Positions 1-9,073 of a stretch of DNA of 64,000 nt are shown in pieces. The DNA comes from a virus. Its lineage: Duplodnaviria; Caudoviricetes. The stretch lies in IMG/VR virus record IMGVR_UViG_3300047471_000325, positions 1,927 through 65,926 of that record; one strand, written 5' to 3'. How positions within the stretch are numbered: the stretch's first letter is position 1; the number at the start of each line of letters is the position of its first letter. The notes below the pieces were generated by a model. That model saw nothing but the letters and a program-made list of their open reading frames with translations, had not been told where the DNA came from and did no database searches. The position numbers and the translations under genes are program-made.

Positions 1-116
1 TGCACCTGGTCCGTCTTGCCGTACATGTCGTTCGGCTGGTAGACGCTGACCTTCGTGCCGGCGGCGATGGCGTCCTTGAGGGCTTTCTTCGACGGGTAGT
101 TCGTGGTGGTGTACAT
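1..116 (-). CDS. Small early protein, runs off the window edge (MYTTTNYPSKKALKDAIAAG...)
   Basis: ATG at 116 preceded by AGGAGCAGCA; open to position 1. Confidence 0.6.
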   Translation of the reverse strand, partial: MYTTTNYPSKKALKDAIAAGTKVSVYQPNDMYGKTDQV

Positions 117-141
117 GATGCTGCTCCTTGAAGTTCAATGC

Positions 142-897
142 CTATGAAATCTGTTTACGTGTTGAAGTCCCGACGCCCTTCTGCCCGAGCTTCATCTGAT
201 CTGCCGCCGCACGACCTGCACGATAGCCAGCCGCGCTGTTGCCGCCTGTCGCTGCTGCGCGAATCTTGCTCTTATACTTCTCGTCGATGTGCTTCGAGAC
301 TCGCGTCAGCGCGTTGTCGAGACGCATGAGCGCGGTGCTGCTGTTCGTCGCCTGCGCAACCTCGACCTTGCGCGCCTCGCGAAACCGCTCGCCGATCCTG
401 CCGATGAAGCCACTGAGCCAGCTGGCGCGAAAGCCGCCTGACTCCAGGTGCTGCCCGCCGCACTCCTCCTTCCACCAGTCTTCGCGCGCCTTCATGCTCA
501 TACGATCGGCTGCGGATGCCAAGACGCCGTAAGCATACTCAGCGACTGCGACGTGCTCGCGCGTGCCGACGAAGGTGATGAAGTTACTTCCGCTGTGAAC
601 CAGAAAGCGGCAGAGGTGTGCCGGCGCCACGATCCTGGCGAGCGCCTCCTGCCAGCCGACGCGTACGCGGCTGTACTTGATGCCGTAGGCTCTGAGGTCG
701 ACCTGCTGCTCGATGATCGGCTCGTCCTTCACGCCGCCGATCGGAATGTCGACCTCGGAGAGTTCATGCTGGATGAGCAGTCGGTTGATGGCCTCGGCGA
801 ACGCCTCGGCGGCAGCGGAGTTGCCGAGGGCGGCTTCGCCTTCGCGCGCCGCCTTCAGCTTGGAGAGCTTGTCGAGGACCTTGTCGATGGGAGACAT
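142..897 (-). CDS. DUF2786-family protein
   Basis: N-terminal 'KVLDKLSKLKA...EAFAEAINRLLIQHELSE' pattern; C-terminal 'AAGYRAGRAAAD'. Confidence 0.7.
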   Translation of the reverse strand: MSPIDKVLDKLSKLKAAREGEAALGNSAAAEAFAEAINRLLIQHELSEVDIPIGGVKDEPIIEQQVDLRAYGIKYSRVRVGWQEALARIVAPAHLCRFLVHSGSNFITFVGTREHVAVAEYAYGVLASAADRMSMKAREDWWKEECGGQHLESGGFRASWLSGFIGRIGERFREARKVEVAQATNSSTALMRLDNALTRVSKHIDEKYKSKIRAAATGGNSAAGYRAGRAAADQMKLGQKGVGTSTRKQIS

Positions 898-1140
898 CTA
901 CTTGACCTCCTGCTCTGCCCAGCGGATAACGTTAGCGACTTCTTCGATCTTCCCCGCGAGTACGGCCAGGTTCTGGCAGGTCGCCGACATATTGAACGGA
1001 CCGTGATCCGAGTAGCTGTCGCGCTTTACGATGGCGCTGCGGGCGTCGGCGACGCGCTGCTCGAGCGATTCCAGTTCGCGGCTGTAACGATCCTTGAGGT
1101 TTGCCAGCTCGTTGCGGAGGTCGGTGATGTTGAGTGTCAT
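898..1140 (-). CDS. Coiled-coil hypothetical early protein
   Basis: 80-aa ORF with AAGGAGAAGCAG directly before ATG; abuts the next gene. Confidence 0.7.
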   Translation of the reverse strand: MTLNITDLRNELANLKDRYSRELESLEQRVADARSAIVKRDSYSDHGPFNMSATCQNLAVLAGKIEEVANVIRWAEQEVK

Positions 1141-1160
1141 CTGCTTCTCCTTGTGCGGCG

Positions 1161-1203
1161 CCCAGTGTCTCTGGGTCGCGGCCGATGGAGAGATACTACT
1201 ACG
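1161..1203 (-). promoter_or_regulatory. Leftward early promoter motif (CGTAG-TAGTAT-CTCT) plus 5-bp leader hairpin
   Basis: The 15-mer at 1189-1203 is identical to 53040-53054; hairpin CCCAG-AGACA-CTGGG at 1161-1175; -35 poor. Confidence 0.55.
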
Positions 1204-1276
1204 TTCTAAAAAGAAATGGTTACTTTTATTGTAAAAGATTGTCTTCGCGCGGAATGTTTAAGGAAAACGCGGGAAT

Positions 1277-1305
1277 TAGACATCTTTTCTAGGATGAGTT
1301 AAACT
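1277..1305 (+). promoter_or_regulatory. Sigma70-like rightward promoter TAGACA-N17-TAAACT
   Basis: Hexamers at 1277-1282 and 1300-1305 with a 17-nt spacer in an AT-rich divergent intergenic region. Confidence 0.6.
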
Positions 1306-1310
1306 GTAGA

Positions 1311-1385
1311 GTGGCTCGGCGGGGCGGCCGCCCCCTGCCTTGTCTGCTGCTCCTCCGCTAGACCCGGATGAGCGGGCCGAGCCGC
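1311..1385 (+). ncRNA. Candidate structured small RNA or leader (three-way junction)
   Basis: Closing stem 1311-1320/1376-1385, hairpins 1321-1334 and 1355-1375, 20-nt unpaired linker; starts just after the -10 box. Confidence 0.5.
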
Positions 1386-1410
1386 TCTTTACAACACAGA
1401 GGTCTAGACT

Positions 1411-1908
1411 GTGCCTACCTTTGATTATCAGGCGTATCTTGCTAGTCGCGAATGGGCGCTCAAACGAGAAGCCGTCCGTGAACGCTCGGGAAACAGATGC
1501 GAACGCTATATAGGTGCGTATCGCTGTCCTTCACCTCATGAGTCTACACACCATATAACTTACGCAAACATTGGAAATGAGCCTCTCGACGATCTAATGG
1601 CAGTTTGTAATAACTGTCACCGATGGCTTTCAGGTAAGACGGACGTCGATCCCCTCATCTGTTTAGTTAACAGACCACGTAAACCACGTACGGATTGTTC
1701 TCTTGCCGAATTTCTACGTATCTGCGATCTATGTGGTGAAGACTCTGAAGATGGATATTATGTTTCGCATGAGTCTTTTTCACACCATATTTGTGGAGCA
1801 TGTAAGCAAGGATTAGAAAAGCAAGATAAACTATCGTGGGATGTAGTTGATGCATTACACGTTATGCTGGTCGTGCGCCGATATCTTGATGAGCAGGTTA
1901 CTTTATGA
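1411..1908 (+). CDS. HNH endonuclease with additional CxxC motifs
   Basis: 'YLASREW...RCE...THHITY..IGNE..DDLMAVCNNCH'. Confidence 0.75.
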   Translation: MPTFDYQAYLASREWALKREAVRERSGNRCERYIGAYRCPSPHESTHHITYANIGNEPLDDLMAVCNNCHRWLSGKTDVDPLICLVNRPRKPRTDCSLAEFLRICDLCGEDSEDGYYVSHESFSHHICGACKQGLEKQDKLSWDVVDALHVMLVVRRYLDEQVTL

Positions 1909-4403
1909 TCCGCGAAACCATCGACCTGCTCTGTCCAAATGCGCCCGTCGAAATCCGCATCTTGCTCGACAAGATGCTGACACCAAAACGCTTCATTGAC
2001 CACGATGAGGCAGCACGCTGGGTGCTTGACTGGCCTAAAGCGCGCGGCATCTATATCGTTCTGAATCCGTTTGACGAAACGAAGATCAAGGGCTTCGGCG
2101 CTGACGACGAATCAATCACGTGGCGACGCTGGCTGCTGATCGATGTTGATCCTAATCGGCCTAGAGATACCAATGCAACTGACGTCGAACTTGGTTATGC
2201 GCTAACAGTCATCGAACGCATCAAAGCCTTCTTAACGTCGCAAGGCTGGCCAGCTCCAGTCGAAGCACTCTCAGGCAACGGTGGACACCTACTCTACCGC
2301 ATCGATCTACCGAATGACGGCGACTCGCTGCAGATCGTCGAACGCATTCTCAAGTATCTAGCCAAGCACTTCGATACGCCGCAGGCGCACGTTGACGTCG
2401 CGGTTGGCAATGCCTCGCGCATCACGAAGCTCTATGGCACGATGACGCATAAGGGCCCAGATACGATCGAACGCCCGGCACGTATCTCGGCCATGACAAA
2501 AGCCCCTGAGCCTCTTGGAACAGTCAACCTAGAGGCTCTTCGCGTTGTTTCTGCACTTACGCATGAGGATAGGCCGAAAAAGAAAGCGCAGAAATCTCTC
2601 TACGACTGGAGCAAGGTGCTCGCGCGCGTTGAAGTCTTGAAGACGTTCACGCGAGGAGACGTTACCTACTATCAGATACGATGCCCATGGGACGCCGAGC
2701 ATACGACGAAGGACGATACAGGTACGGTTCTGACGGTCAACGCATCTGGTGCTGTCGGCTTCAAGTGTCAGCATGATCACTGTAGAGAACGCACGTGGAA
2801 GGTGCTGCGCGATCATCTCGGCATTACGACGGAAGACAAGGCCAAGCGTGATATTACCGATGCTATCTTGATTCAGAGTGGACGTCTAACTGACATCGTT
2901 AATCAGTCAGAAGTCGCATTGCTCAAGCATGCAGACATCTATCAACGCGGTGGACAGCTGACGCGTGCCATTACGCTTGACAGCCCGATCAGTGACATAA
3001 AAGAGGTGCGCCGCGAAATCGGTTCAACGATGTTGATCGCCGTCAAAGAACCCTGGCTTGTTGAGCACATGGGCTGCTCTTCAGTGTGGTTGAAATACGA
3101 TCAGAAGGCTGATGATTGGACGCCTGCCGATCCGCCGCCCCTCTATGCACGGACGCTGCTTGGACGCGCTGAGTGGAAATTCCCTGTCCTTCGTGGCGTC
3201 GTTACTGCGCCGACGTTGACGCGAGATGGAAGGGTCGTTGAAGCTCCTGGCTATGATCCATCAACAGGGCTCTTGCTTGACATCTCGCCGAATCTTTTCC
3301 CTCCAATACCAAGAGAACCGACGCAAGAAGATGCGTATCTCGCGCTCATCCGTCTTTCGCGCCCGCTGCGGCAGTTTCCATTCGTTAACGAAGCAGCGCG
3401 TGCTGTCGCAATCTCTGGTCTACTTGCTGGTCTCATACGCTTCAGCATGAAAACGGCACCGCTACATAGTTATGATGCACCGACTGCGGGGACTGGTAAG
3501 TCGCTGCTCGCAGAGATGGTCGGTCTGCTGGCTACAGGATGTCGGCCTCCAGCGATGAGTCAAGGTAAGAGCGAAGAGGAAGATGAAAAACGCCTCTCAA
3601 CTGTGCTCTTCGCCGGCGATCCGGTCATTCACATTGATAACTGCGAACGGGCACTGTCAGGCGACTTTCTTTGCTCGATGCTGACGCAAGAGGTCGTACA
3701 GGCACGCATCCTTGGGTTGAGTGAACGACGCATCCTTCCCTCGACGGCGCTCGTGCTTGCGAGCGGTAACAATCTTGTCTTTGCTGGTGATACATCGCGC
3801 CGCGCCGTCATCTGTCGTCTCGATGCACAGGTTGAACGTCCAGATACACGTACGTTCGACTTTGATTGTCATGCAGAGGTTCTCGCAGAACGTCCGCAGC
3901 TTGTTGTCGACGCACTAACGATCTTACTTGCATATCATCTTGCTGGGCGTCCGTGTTCATTGCAACCGATGGGGTCTTTCGCAGACTATGAGTGGATACG
4001 CGGTGCCCTAGTATGGCTTGAGTGCGCAGACCCTGCTGAGACGAGACTATCCATCCTTGCAAATGACCCTCGTAAGGATGAACTCATTCTCATCATGGAG
4101 ATGTGGGAGCAAGCATTTGGTAGCATGGCGATCGATGTTGCAGAGATTGAACGTCGTGCACTGCAGCATGGACAAACGCCTGACGCCGTCACGCTACTAC
4201 GTAATAAGTTAGTTGAGGTTTGTTGTCGCAGCGGATGGAGCGGAAAGAGTGTTGGTTGGTGGCTACGCCGCAACAAGGATCGTATCGTCGGAGGTCGCTC
4301 GTTTCGTTGTTATGCTGAAGGTAGGACGAATACATGGGCGTTGGCTGGCGCCGAAGAGAGATCTTCCGAAGCTCAGGACTACCAGCTCATCGATGATATG
4401 TAG
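1905..4403 (+). CDS. AEP primase-polymerase fused to a P-loop helicase
   Basis: 'LLIDVD', 'SGNGGHLLYRI', Zn-finger 'CPWDAEH...FKCQHDHC', Walker A 'APTAGTGKS', Walker B 'IHIDN'. Confidence 0.85.
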   Translation: MIRETIDLLCPNAPVEIRILLDKMLTPKRFIDHDEAARWVLDWPKARGIYIVLNPFDETKIKGFGADDESITWRRWLLIDVDPNRPRDTNATDVELGYALTVIERIKAFLTSQGWPAPVEALSGNGGHLLYRIDLPNDGDSLQIVERILKYLAKHFDTPQAHVDVAVGNASRITKLYGTMTHKGPDTIERPARISAMTKAPEPLGTVNLEALRVVSALTHEDRPKKKAQKSLYDWSKVLARVEVLKTFTRGDVTYYQIRCPWDAEHTTKDDTGTVLTVNASGAVGFKCQHDHCRERTWKVLRDHLGITTEDKAKRDITDAILIQSGRLTDIVNQSEVALLKHADIYQRGGQLTRAITLDSPISDIKEVRREIGSTMLIAVKEPWLVEHMGCSSVWLKYDQKADDWTPADPPPLYARTLLGRAEWKFPVLRGVVTAPTLTRDGRVVEAPGYDPSTGLLLDISPNLFPPIPREPTQEDAYLALIRLSRPLRQFPFVNEAARAVAISGLLAGLIRFSMKTAPLHSYDAPTAGTGKSLLAEMVGLLATGCRPPAMSQGKSEEEDEKRLSTVLFAGDPVIHIDNCERALSGDFLCSMLTQEVVQARILGLSERRILPSTALVLASGNNLVFAGDTSRRAVICRLDAQVERPDTRTFDFDCHAEVLAERPQLVVDALTILLAYHLAGRPCSLQPMGSFADYEWIRGALVWLECADPAETRLSILANDPRKDELILIMEMWEQAFGSMAIDVAEIERRALQHGQTPDAVTLLRNKLVEVCCRSGWSGKSVGWWLRRNKDRIVGGRSFRCYAEGRTNTWALAGAEERSSEAQDYQLIDDM

Positions 4404-4580
4404 CAGATTCTAAAATGTTCTTTCTTAGCTTTGTTGTATTTCTTTTGACCCGGAACCGGTGGGATAGGATCTAGAAAGGCGTAGGTATGGCGAAGATCCG
4501 TTAGAAAAAAAGTCTTACGCGGTTAGATTGACTATGGAAAAATACAAGAAAGAGCAGAAAGAACATTTTAGGATTTGCTA
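4401..4580 (+). repeat. Long imperfect inverted repeat (candidate structured RNA, origin or packaging element)
   Basis: 4401-4425 pairs with 4556-4580 (two G-U pairs); pairing continues 4429-4441/4540-4552. Confidence 0.7.
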
Positions 4581-4653
4581 GTAGAAAGATATCTTTTCTT
4601 TTTAGGCGAATTTAATAGACAGCCGGGCAGAACTGTAGTAAGTCTAGACCGTC

Positions 4654-5004
4654 TTGGCCTCAGAAGACGACTCAGTTTCGGAAACCGCTCCAAAATTAGT
4701 GCGTAATGGCTATTTTGGCAATGGCCGCCCGGGGCCTGGACGCCCGAAGGGCGTCATTCCTAAGGTGACGCTCGAAGTGCGAGCTGCGGCGCGTGCTCTT
4801 CTTGATGATCCCGTCTACAAAGATTCACTACGCGCGAGACTGAATGCTGGCACTGCGCCGCATATGGAAACACTCCTGTGGCATTATGCCTTCGGCAAGC
4901 CAAAAGAAACCGTTGAGATCGAAGGTACCGTAACGCTCGAAAAGATTGTCCGCGAAGTGGTTCGCGCTCCTGAATCTCACGACATAATCGATGCCGTCCA
5001 CTGA
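4654..5004 (+). CDS. terS: Terminase small subunit
   Basis: 'PGPGRPKG...GKPKETVEIEG' pattern; directly upstream of and overlapping the large subunit. Confidence 0.7.
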   Translation: MASEDDSVSETAPKLVRNGYFGNGRPGPGRPKGVIPKVTLEVRAAARALLDDPVYKDSLRARLNAGTAPHMETLLWHYAFGKPKETVEIEGTVTLEKIVREVVRAPESHDIIDAVH

Positions 5005-6187
5005 TGGCGTCCTTCGCATCCCTACCCCTGCGGTCTTCGTGCCACTGCTCGAACCGAGCCGTTATAAGGGCATTCACGGCGGCCGCGGCGGCGCGAAGTC
5101 TCACTTCTTTGCCGATCAGATCATCGAGCGCTGCTTTCTTCGCAAGCCGTGTCGTGCCGTCTGCGTGCGCGAAGTGCAACGCACGTTGGCGCAGTCTGTC
5201 AAGCGGCTACTCGAGGACAAGATTCGAGCATACGGGCTTGAACGTGAGTTCCGCGTGCTGACGTCACACATCGAAGCGCCGCACGGCGGCATCATCATTT
5301 TCAACGGCATGCAAGATCACACGGCAGAGTCAATCAAGTCTCTTGAAGGGTTCGACGTGGCGTGGGTCGAAGAAGCACAGTCATTGAGTCAGAGGTCGCT
5401 CGACCTCCTGCGGCCTACGATCCGCGAAGAAGACTCCGAACTGTGGTTCTCCTGGAACCCACGCCACGCGACTGACCCCGTCGATAGACTGCTGCGCAGT
5501 GATCCGCCGCCTGACTCTATCGTCATCGAGACGTCATATAAAGATAATCCATTCTTCCCCGACGTACTCCGCAAGGAGATGGAGTGGGACCGCAGTCGCG
5601 ACGTCGAGAAGTATCAACACATCTGGCTTGGTGGCTATGAGCGGCACAGCGAGGCGCGCGTCTTTAAGAATTGGGTGATCGATGAGTTCGAATCTCCTGC
5701 TGATGCTACTTACTACTATGGTGCTGACTGGGGTTTTTCAGTTGATCCGAGCACGATGGTACGGTGTCGACTTGACGGGCGCAAGTTATTCGTCGACTAC
5801 GAGGCGTATCGGATAGGCGTCGAGATCGATCATCTCGGTAGTCTCTTTGACATGGTACCCGGTGCGCGAGACTGGCCAGTCAGGGCAGACTCTGCCCGTC
5901 CTGAGACGATCTCCTATCTCCAGCGCAACGGCTTCCCCAGGATAAAGCCCGCGACCAAGGGGCCGAATTCTGTCAAAGAAGGCGTCATCTTCCTCCAGGG
6001 TTATGACATCGTGGTGCACCCTCGTTGTGTGCACACGATCGATGAATTAACGATGTACTCGTATGTCGTCGACAAGATGTCGGGTCTTGTCACGCCAGTC
6101 CTCGCCGACAAAAAGAATCACATCATAGACCCGCTGCGTTATGCGACTGAAGAACTCCGCGTGCCGAACATAGGTCTCACATGGTAG
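4991..6187 (+). CDS. terL: Terminase large subunit, PBSX type
   Basis: 'GGRGGAKS', 'AWVEEA', 'SWNP', nuclease 'ADWGFSVDP...NHIIDPLRY'. Confidence 0.95.
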   Translation: MPSTDGVLRIPTPAVFVPLLEPSRYKGIHGGRGGAKSHFFADQIIERCFLRKPCRAVCVREVQRTLAQSVKRLLEDKIRAYGLEREFRVLTSHIEAPHGGIIIFNGMQDHTAESIKSLEGFDVAWVEEAQSLSQRSLDLLRPTIREEDSELWFSWNPRHATDPVDRLLRSDPPPDSIVIETSYKDNPFFPDVLRKEMEWDRSRDVEKYQHIWLGGYERHSEARVFKNWVIDEFESPADATYYYGADWGFSVDPSTMVRCRLDGRKLFVDYEAYRIGVEIDHLGSLFDMVPGARDWPVRADSARPETISYLQRNGFPRIKPATKGPNSVKEGVIFLQGYDIVVHPRCVHTIDELTMYSYVVDKMSGLVTPVLADKKNHIIDPLRYATEELRVPNIGLTW

Positions 6188-8154
6188 CCCCCGCCGGCGA
6201 CTTCCGCTTCGAGTCGAAGCCGAACAGCAACGGCCACGCTGAGCCCGAACCACGCACAGCCGAAGTCGTACAGAGCATGCTCCGCACGCTCGACGTCTTG
6301 CTCGACCGTCAAGCGTTCATGAAGCAGGCGGGGTTTCAGTTCGACAGCAAACGCGATCTGTACGCGATCTTCGGTTACGACCGCATCATTACTGGCCGTC
6401 AGTTCCGCGACGAGTATGCACGTGGCGGGTTAGCAAAGGTCATCATCGACACGTACCCAGAGGCGACATGGCGTGGCGGCGTCGAGGTCTACGAGGATGA
6501 AGATACGAAGACGAACACCGCCTTCGAAAAGGCGTTTGATGAGATCAATAAAAAGCATCGTATCTTCTTCAAGTGTCAAGCCGCAGATATACTCGCGCAG
6601 CTGAGTACCTATTCGGTCATGCTCATCGGTGTACCAGGAGACTTGAGCGAAGAGATGCCGCGCGGCAATCCCACGCAAATGCTTTACTTGCAGCCGTTCT
6701 GGGGCGGCGGCGGGCCAGGTGACCAGAGTCGCGGCACGAACATGGGTGTCCAGTCGATGGACACCGACGTCACCATCGAGACGTTCGACATTGATCCCAC
6801 CTCTGAGCGCTTCGGCGAGCCACTGACCTACCGCATCCGACGCACCGACATCTCGTCACCATTACTTGCGCGCTCAGTCCACTGGTCGCGCATCATTCAT
6901 ATCCCTGCGAAAGGCGCACTTGACAGTAACGTCTATGGCCCTCCTGGACTTGAGTGCGTGTGGAATCTACTCTTCGACTTAGAGAAGATCACTGGCGGGA
7001 CGGCTGAGTCCTTCTTCCAGCGCGCCAAGCAAGTGCTGCATGCGAACATCGACAAAGATGTAATATTCACCGATCCGCAGATGGCGGCGATGAAGTCGAA
7101 GTTCGAGGAGTACCAGAACAATATTACGACATTCATTCCGACTCGTGGCGTGGACGTGAAGTTCCTTGAATCGTCGAGTGCGAAGTCTGCTGCTGAAGCC
7201 GATGTGATCTTGACGCAGATCGCGGGCACGACAAAGATCCCGAAGCGCATCTTGACCGGCTCTGAGATGGGCGAACTCGCGAGCACGCAAGACGCGGCGA
7301 ACTTCGACAGCCGCGTGAAAGATCGCCGCACAGGCTATGCTGAGCCTGTCATCATGCGCCCGCTTGTTGATCGACTTATTCAGTACGGCTATCTTCCGAC
7401 CCCAGCGCAGTACGAAGTGGGCTGGCCTGTCGAAGAGACGATGGACGAGAAGGGCAAGTCGGACTTCGCGATGACGTTGGCGAACGTCAACAAGACCTTC
7501 GACGGCGTTGTGTTTACTGAAGACGAGATCCGTGACATGGCGTTCGACAAAGAGCCGCTGCCGACCGTCGATACCAACCAACTGCTCTCTGAAAGCCAGA
7601 AGGCGGAGATCGCCGTCAAGCTTTCGATGGTCAACAAGCAGATGGGCATCACGGTCTTCACCGACGACGAGATCCGCGACATCACCTATGGCTTCTCGCC
7701 GCTGAGTGATGACGAGAAGGTGCCGATTGGCGCGCCAGAGCGCATCTCAGTCACCGCACCGCCGCCGATTGGTGAGGATGGGAAGCCGATCCCGCAAGAT
7801 ACGCTCGGTCAGCCTATCGCGCCAGCAAAGCCCGTCGCTGTCAAGCCAAAAGTCCCACCTGCACTGAAAGCCGCCGCTGACGCGGGCATGCTCAGCGTGC
7901 TCGAAGCGGCCATCGTCGCGAAGGACCGCACGACGATTGACCGCATCCTCTTCGGGGCGATGGCGATTACGCCTGAGTCGGCCGTCTCGATGCTCTCCGA
8001 CAAGCAAGGCGCCGAGGCGCTGGTCTTGGCGAAGCAGTTCGTCGTCGTGCTTGGCGATACGCTGGCGCAGTACGACGTCGAGCGACTGTTCATCGAGTTC
8101 GAGGATTACGTCCAGCGGCATGGGACGGGGTTCGATGGGCATCGCGATGCTTAG
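6181..8154 (+). CDS. Portal protein (DUF1073 type) with C-terminal extension
   Basis: Follows terL; 'VHWSRIIH', 'IPKRILTGSEMGELASTQD'. Confidence 0.85.
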   Translation: MVAPAGDFRFESKPNSNGHAEPEPRTAEVVQSMLRTLDVLLDRQAFMKQAGFQFDSKRDLYAIFGYDRIITGRQFRDEYARGGLAKVIIDTYPEATWRGGVEVYEDEDTKTNTAFEKAFDEINKKHRIFFKCQAADILAQLSTYSVMLIGVPGDLSEEMPRGNPTQMLYLQPFWGGGGPGDQSRGTNMGVQSMDTDVTIETFDIDPTSERFGEPLTYRIRRTDISSPLLARSVHWSRIIHIPAKGALDSNVYGPPGLECVWNLLFDLEKITGGTAESFFQRAKQVLHANIDKDVIFTDPQMAAMKSKFEEYQNNITTFIPTRGVDVKFLESSSAKSAAEADVILTQIAGTTKIPKRILTGSEMGELASTQDAANFDSRVKDRRTGYAEPVIMRPLVDRLIQYGYLPTPAQYEVGWPVEETMDEKGKSDFAMTLANVNKTFDGVVFTEDEIRDMAFDKEPLPTVDTNQLLSESQKAEIAVKLSMVNKQMGITVFTDDEIRDITYGFSPLSDDEKVPIGAPERISVTAPPPIGEDGKPIPQDTLGQPIAPAKPVAVKPKVPPALKAAADAGMLSVLEAAIVAKDRTTIDRILFGAMAITPESAVSMLSDKQGAEALVLAKQFVVVLGDTLAQYDVERLFIEFEDYVQRHGTGFDGHRDA

Positions 8155-8920
8155 TCTTCCGTTGCCCTCATCGCACGGCGCCCGACTGCTGCTGCAGGCG
8201 TGGCAGAACGTGCGGTTAGCTGCGCATCCCCGCGAAACCGCCATCCACAAGGTTGCGGACGCGCACATCGCTCCGATCCAACAAGTCGTCAGCGCGGCGT
8301 TCGCTAAGGGTCGTGCCGCTGGGAAGGCCGGCGCGCCTGAGGTTATCCGCGCGGCGCTGACAAAGAGCCTGCCTCCCGTGCTGCTGGCTGCGCTGAGCGA
8401 CGCGGGGAATGCGGCACTCGGGATGCTGCCACGACACCTCGAGATGCGCACCGCGAAAGACAAGGCCGATAAGGTTCCACCTGTCAAGCTCAAGATGTCC
8501 TTCGACGCCAGCAACCCCGACGCTGCCAAGTGGGCGCGCGAGCATGGCGCTGAGCTGGCAAAGGATATCAGTGACACGACACGCGACCGCATTCGAGATG
8601 CAGTCGCTCGTGAGCACGAGACAGGCGAGAGCGCCGAGGATGCGCTCGACTCGATCTTCGACGATGCACGTGCCGAGATGATTGCACGCACTGAGTCAAT
8701 GGATGCGGCGAATGAGGGACTCGCCCAAGGCTGGGATCAAGCGGTCGAGGAAGGCCTGCTCACCGGCGACGAGCAGAAGACATGGATCGCCGCCGAAGAC
8801 CCATGCCCCGAGTGCGAAGAGGTCGACGGCGAGACCGTGCCGATGGATGAGGACTTCTCTGTCGGTGATGATCCGCCACTGCATCCAAACTGTCGGTGCA
8901 CGATGGGGCTCGTCTCATGA
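8147..8920 (+). CDS. Head morphogenesis / minor head protein (SPP1 gp7, Mu F like)
   Basis: 'RAEMIARTE', 'KTW...CPEC', 'PPLHPNCRC'; start set at ATG 8147 overlapping the portal stop. Confidence 0.9.
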   Translation: MLSLPLPSSHGARLLLQAWQNVRLAAHPRETAIHKVADAHIAPIQQVVSAAFAKGRAAGKAGAPEVIRAALTKSLPPVLLAALSDAGNAALGMLPRHLEMRTAKDKADKVPPVKLKMSFDASNPDAAKWAREHGAELAKDISDTTRDRIRDAVAREHETGESAEDALDSIFDDARAEMIARTESMDAANEGLAQGWDQAVEEGLLTGDEQKTWIAAEDPCPECEEVDGETVPMDEDFSVGDDPPLHPNCRCTMGLVS

Positions 8921-9012
8921 TGGCGGCTCTTATCGTCTTCGCAGTTGCACTCGCGACGTTCGTCTGTTCGTATGTTGTCGGGTTAGTACTGGTCAGGTTG
9001 TTCGGATGGTAA
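8917..9012 (+). CDS. Very small single-TM protein
   Basis: MMAALIVFAVALATFVCSYVVGLVLVRLFGW, ATGA-coupled to the previous gene. Confidence 0.4.
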   Translation: MMAALIVFAVALATFVCSYVVGLVLVRLFGW

Positions 9013-9073
9013 CGTAGTTCCCTATGAAGGAGAACTCCACCATGGAGTCGAGGGCTTTTGGGCTCATGCGTGC

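Noticed and set aside
448-1209. Long antisense ORFs (also 7747-8691, 14015-14722, 34088-35041)
   Set aside because: Shadow ORFs expected opposite real genes in GC-rich DNA; no motifs recognised.
1318-1328. GGCGGGGCGGC in the candidate sRNA matching the core of repeats A and B
   Set aside because: An 11-nt all-GC match that lies in paired stems; plausible by chance in this genome.
4616-4644. Late promoter TAGACA-N17-TAAGTC before terS
   Set aside because: The -10 match is weak; noted but not called as a feature.
6181-8154. Anti-CBASS Acb1 annotation often attached to this family
   Set aside because: Position and motifs fit a portal; no paired HxT 2H-phosphoesterase motifs are seen.
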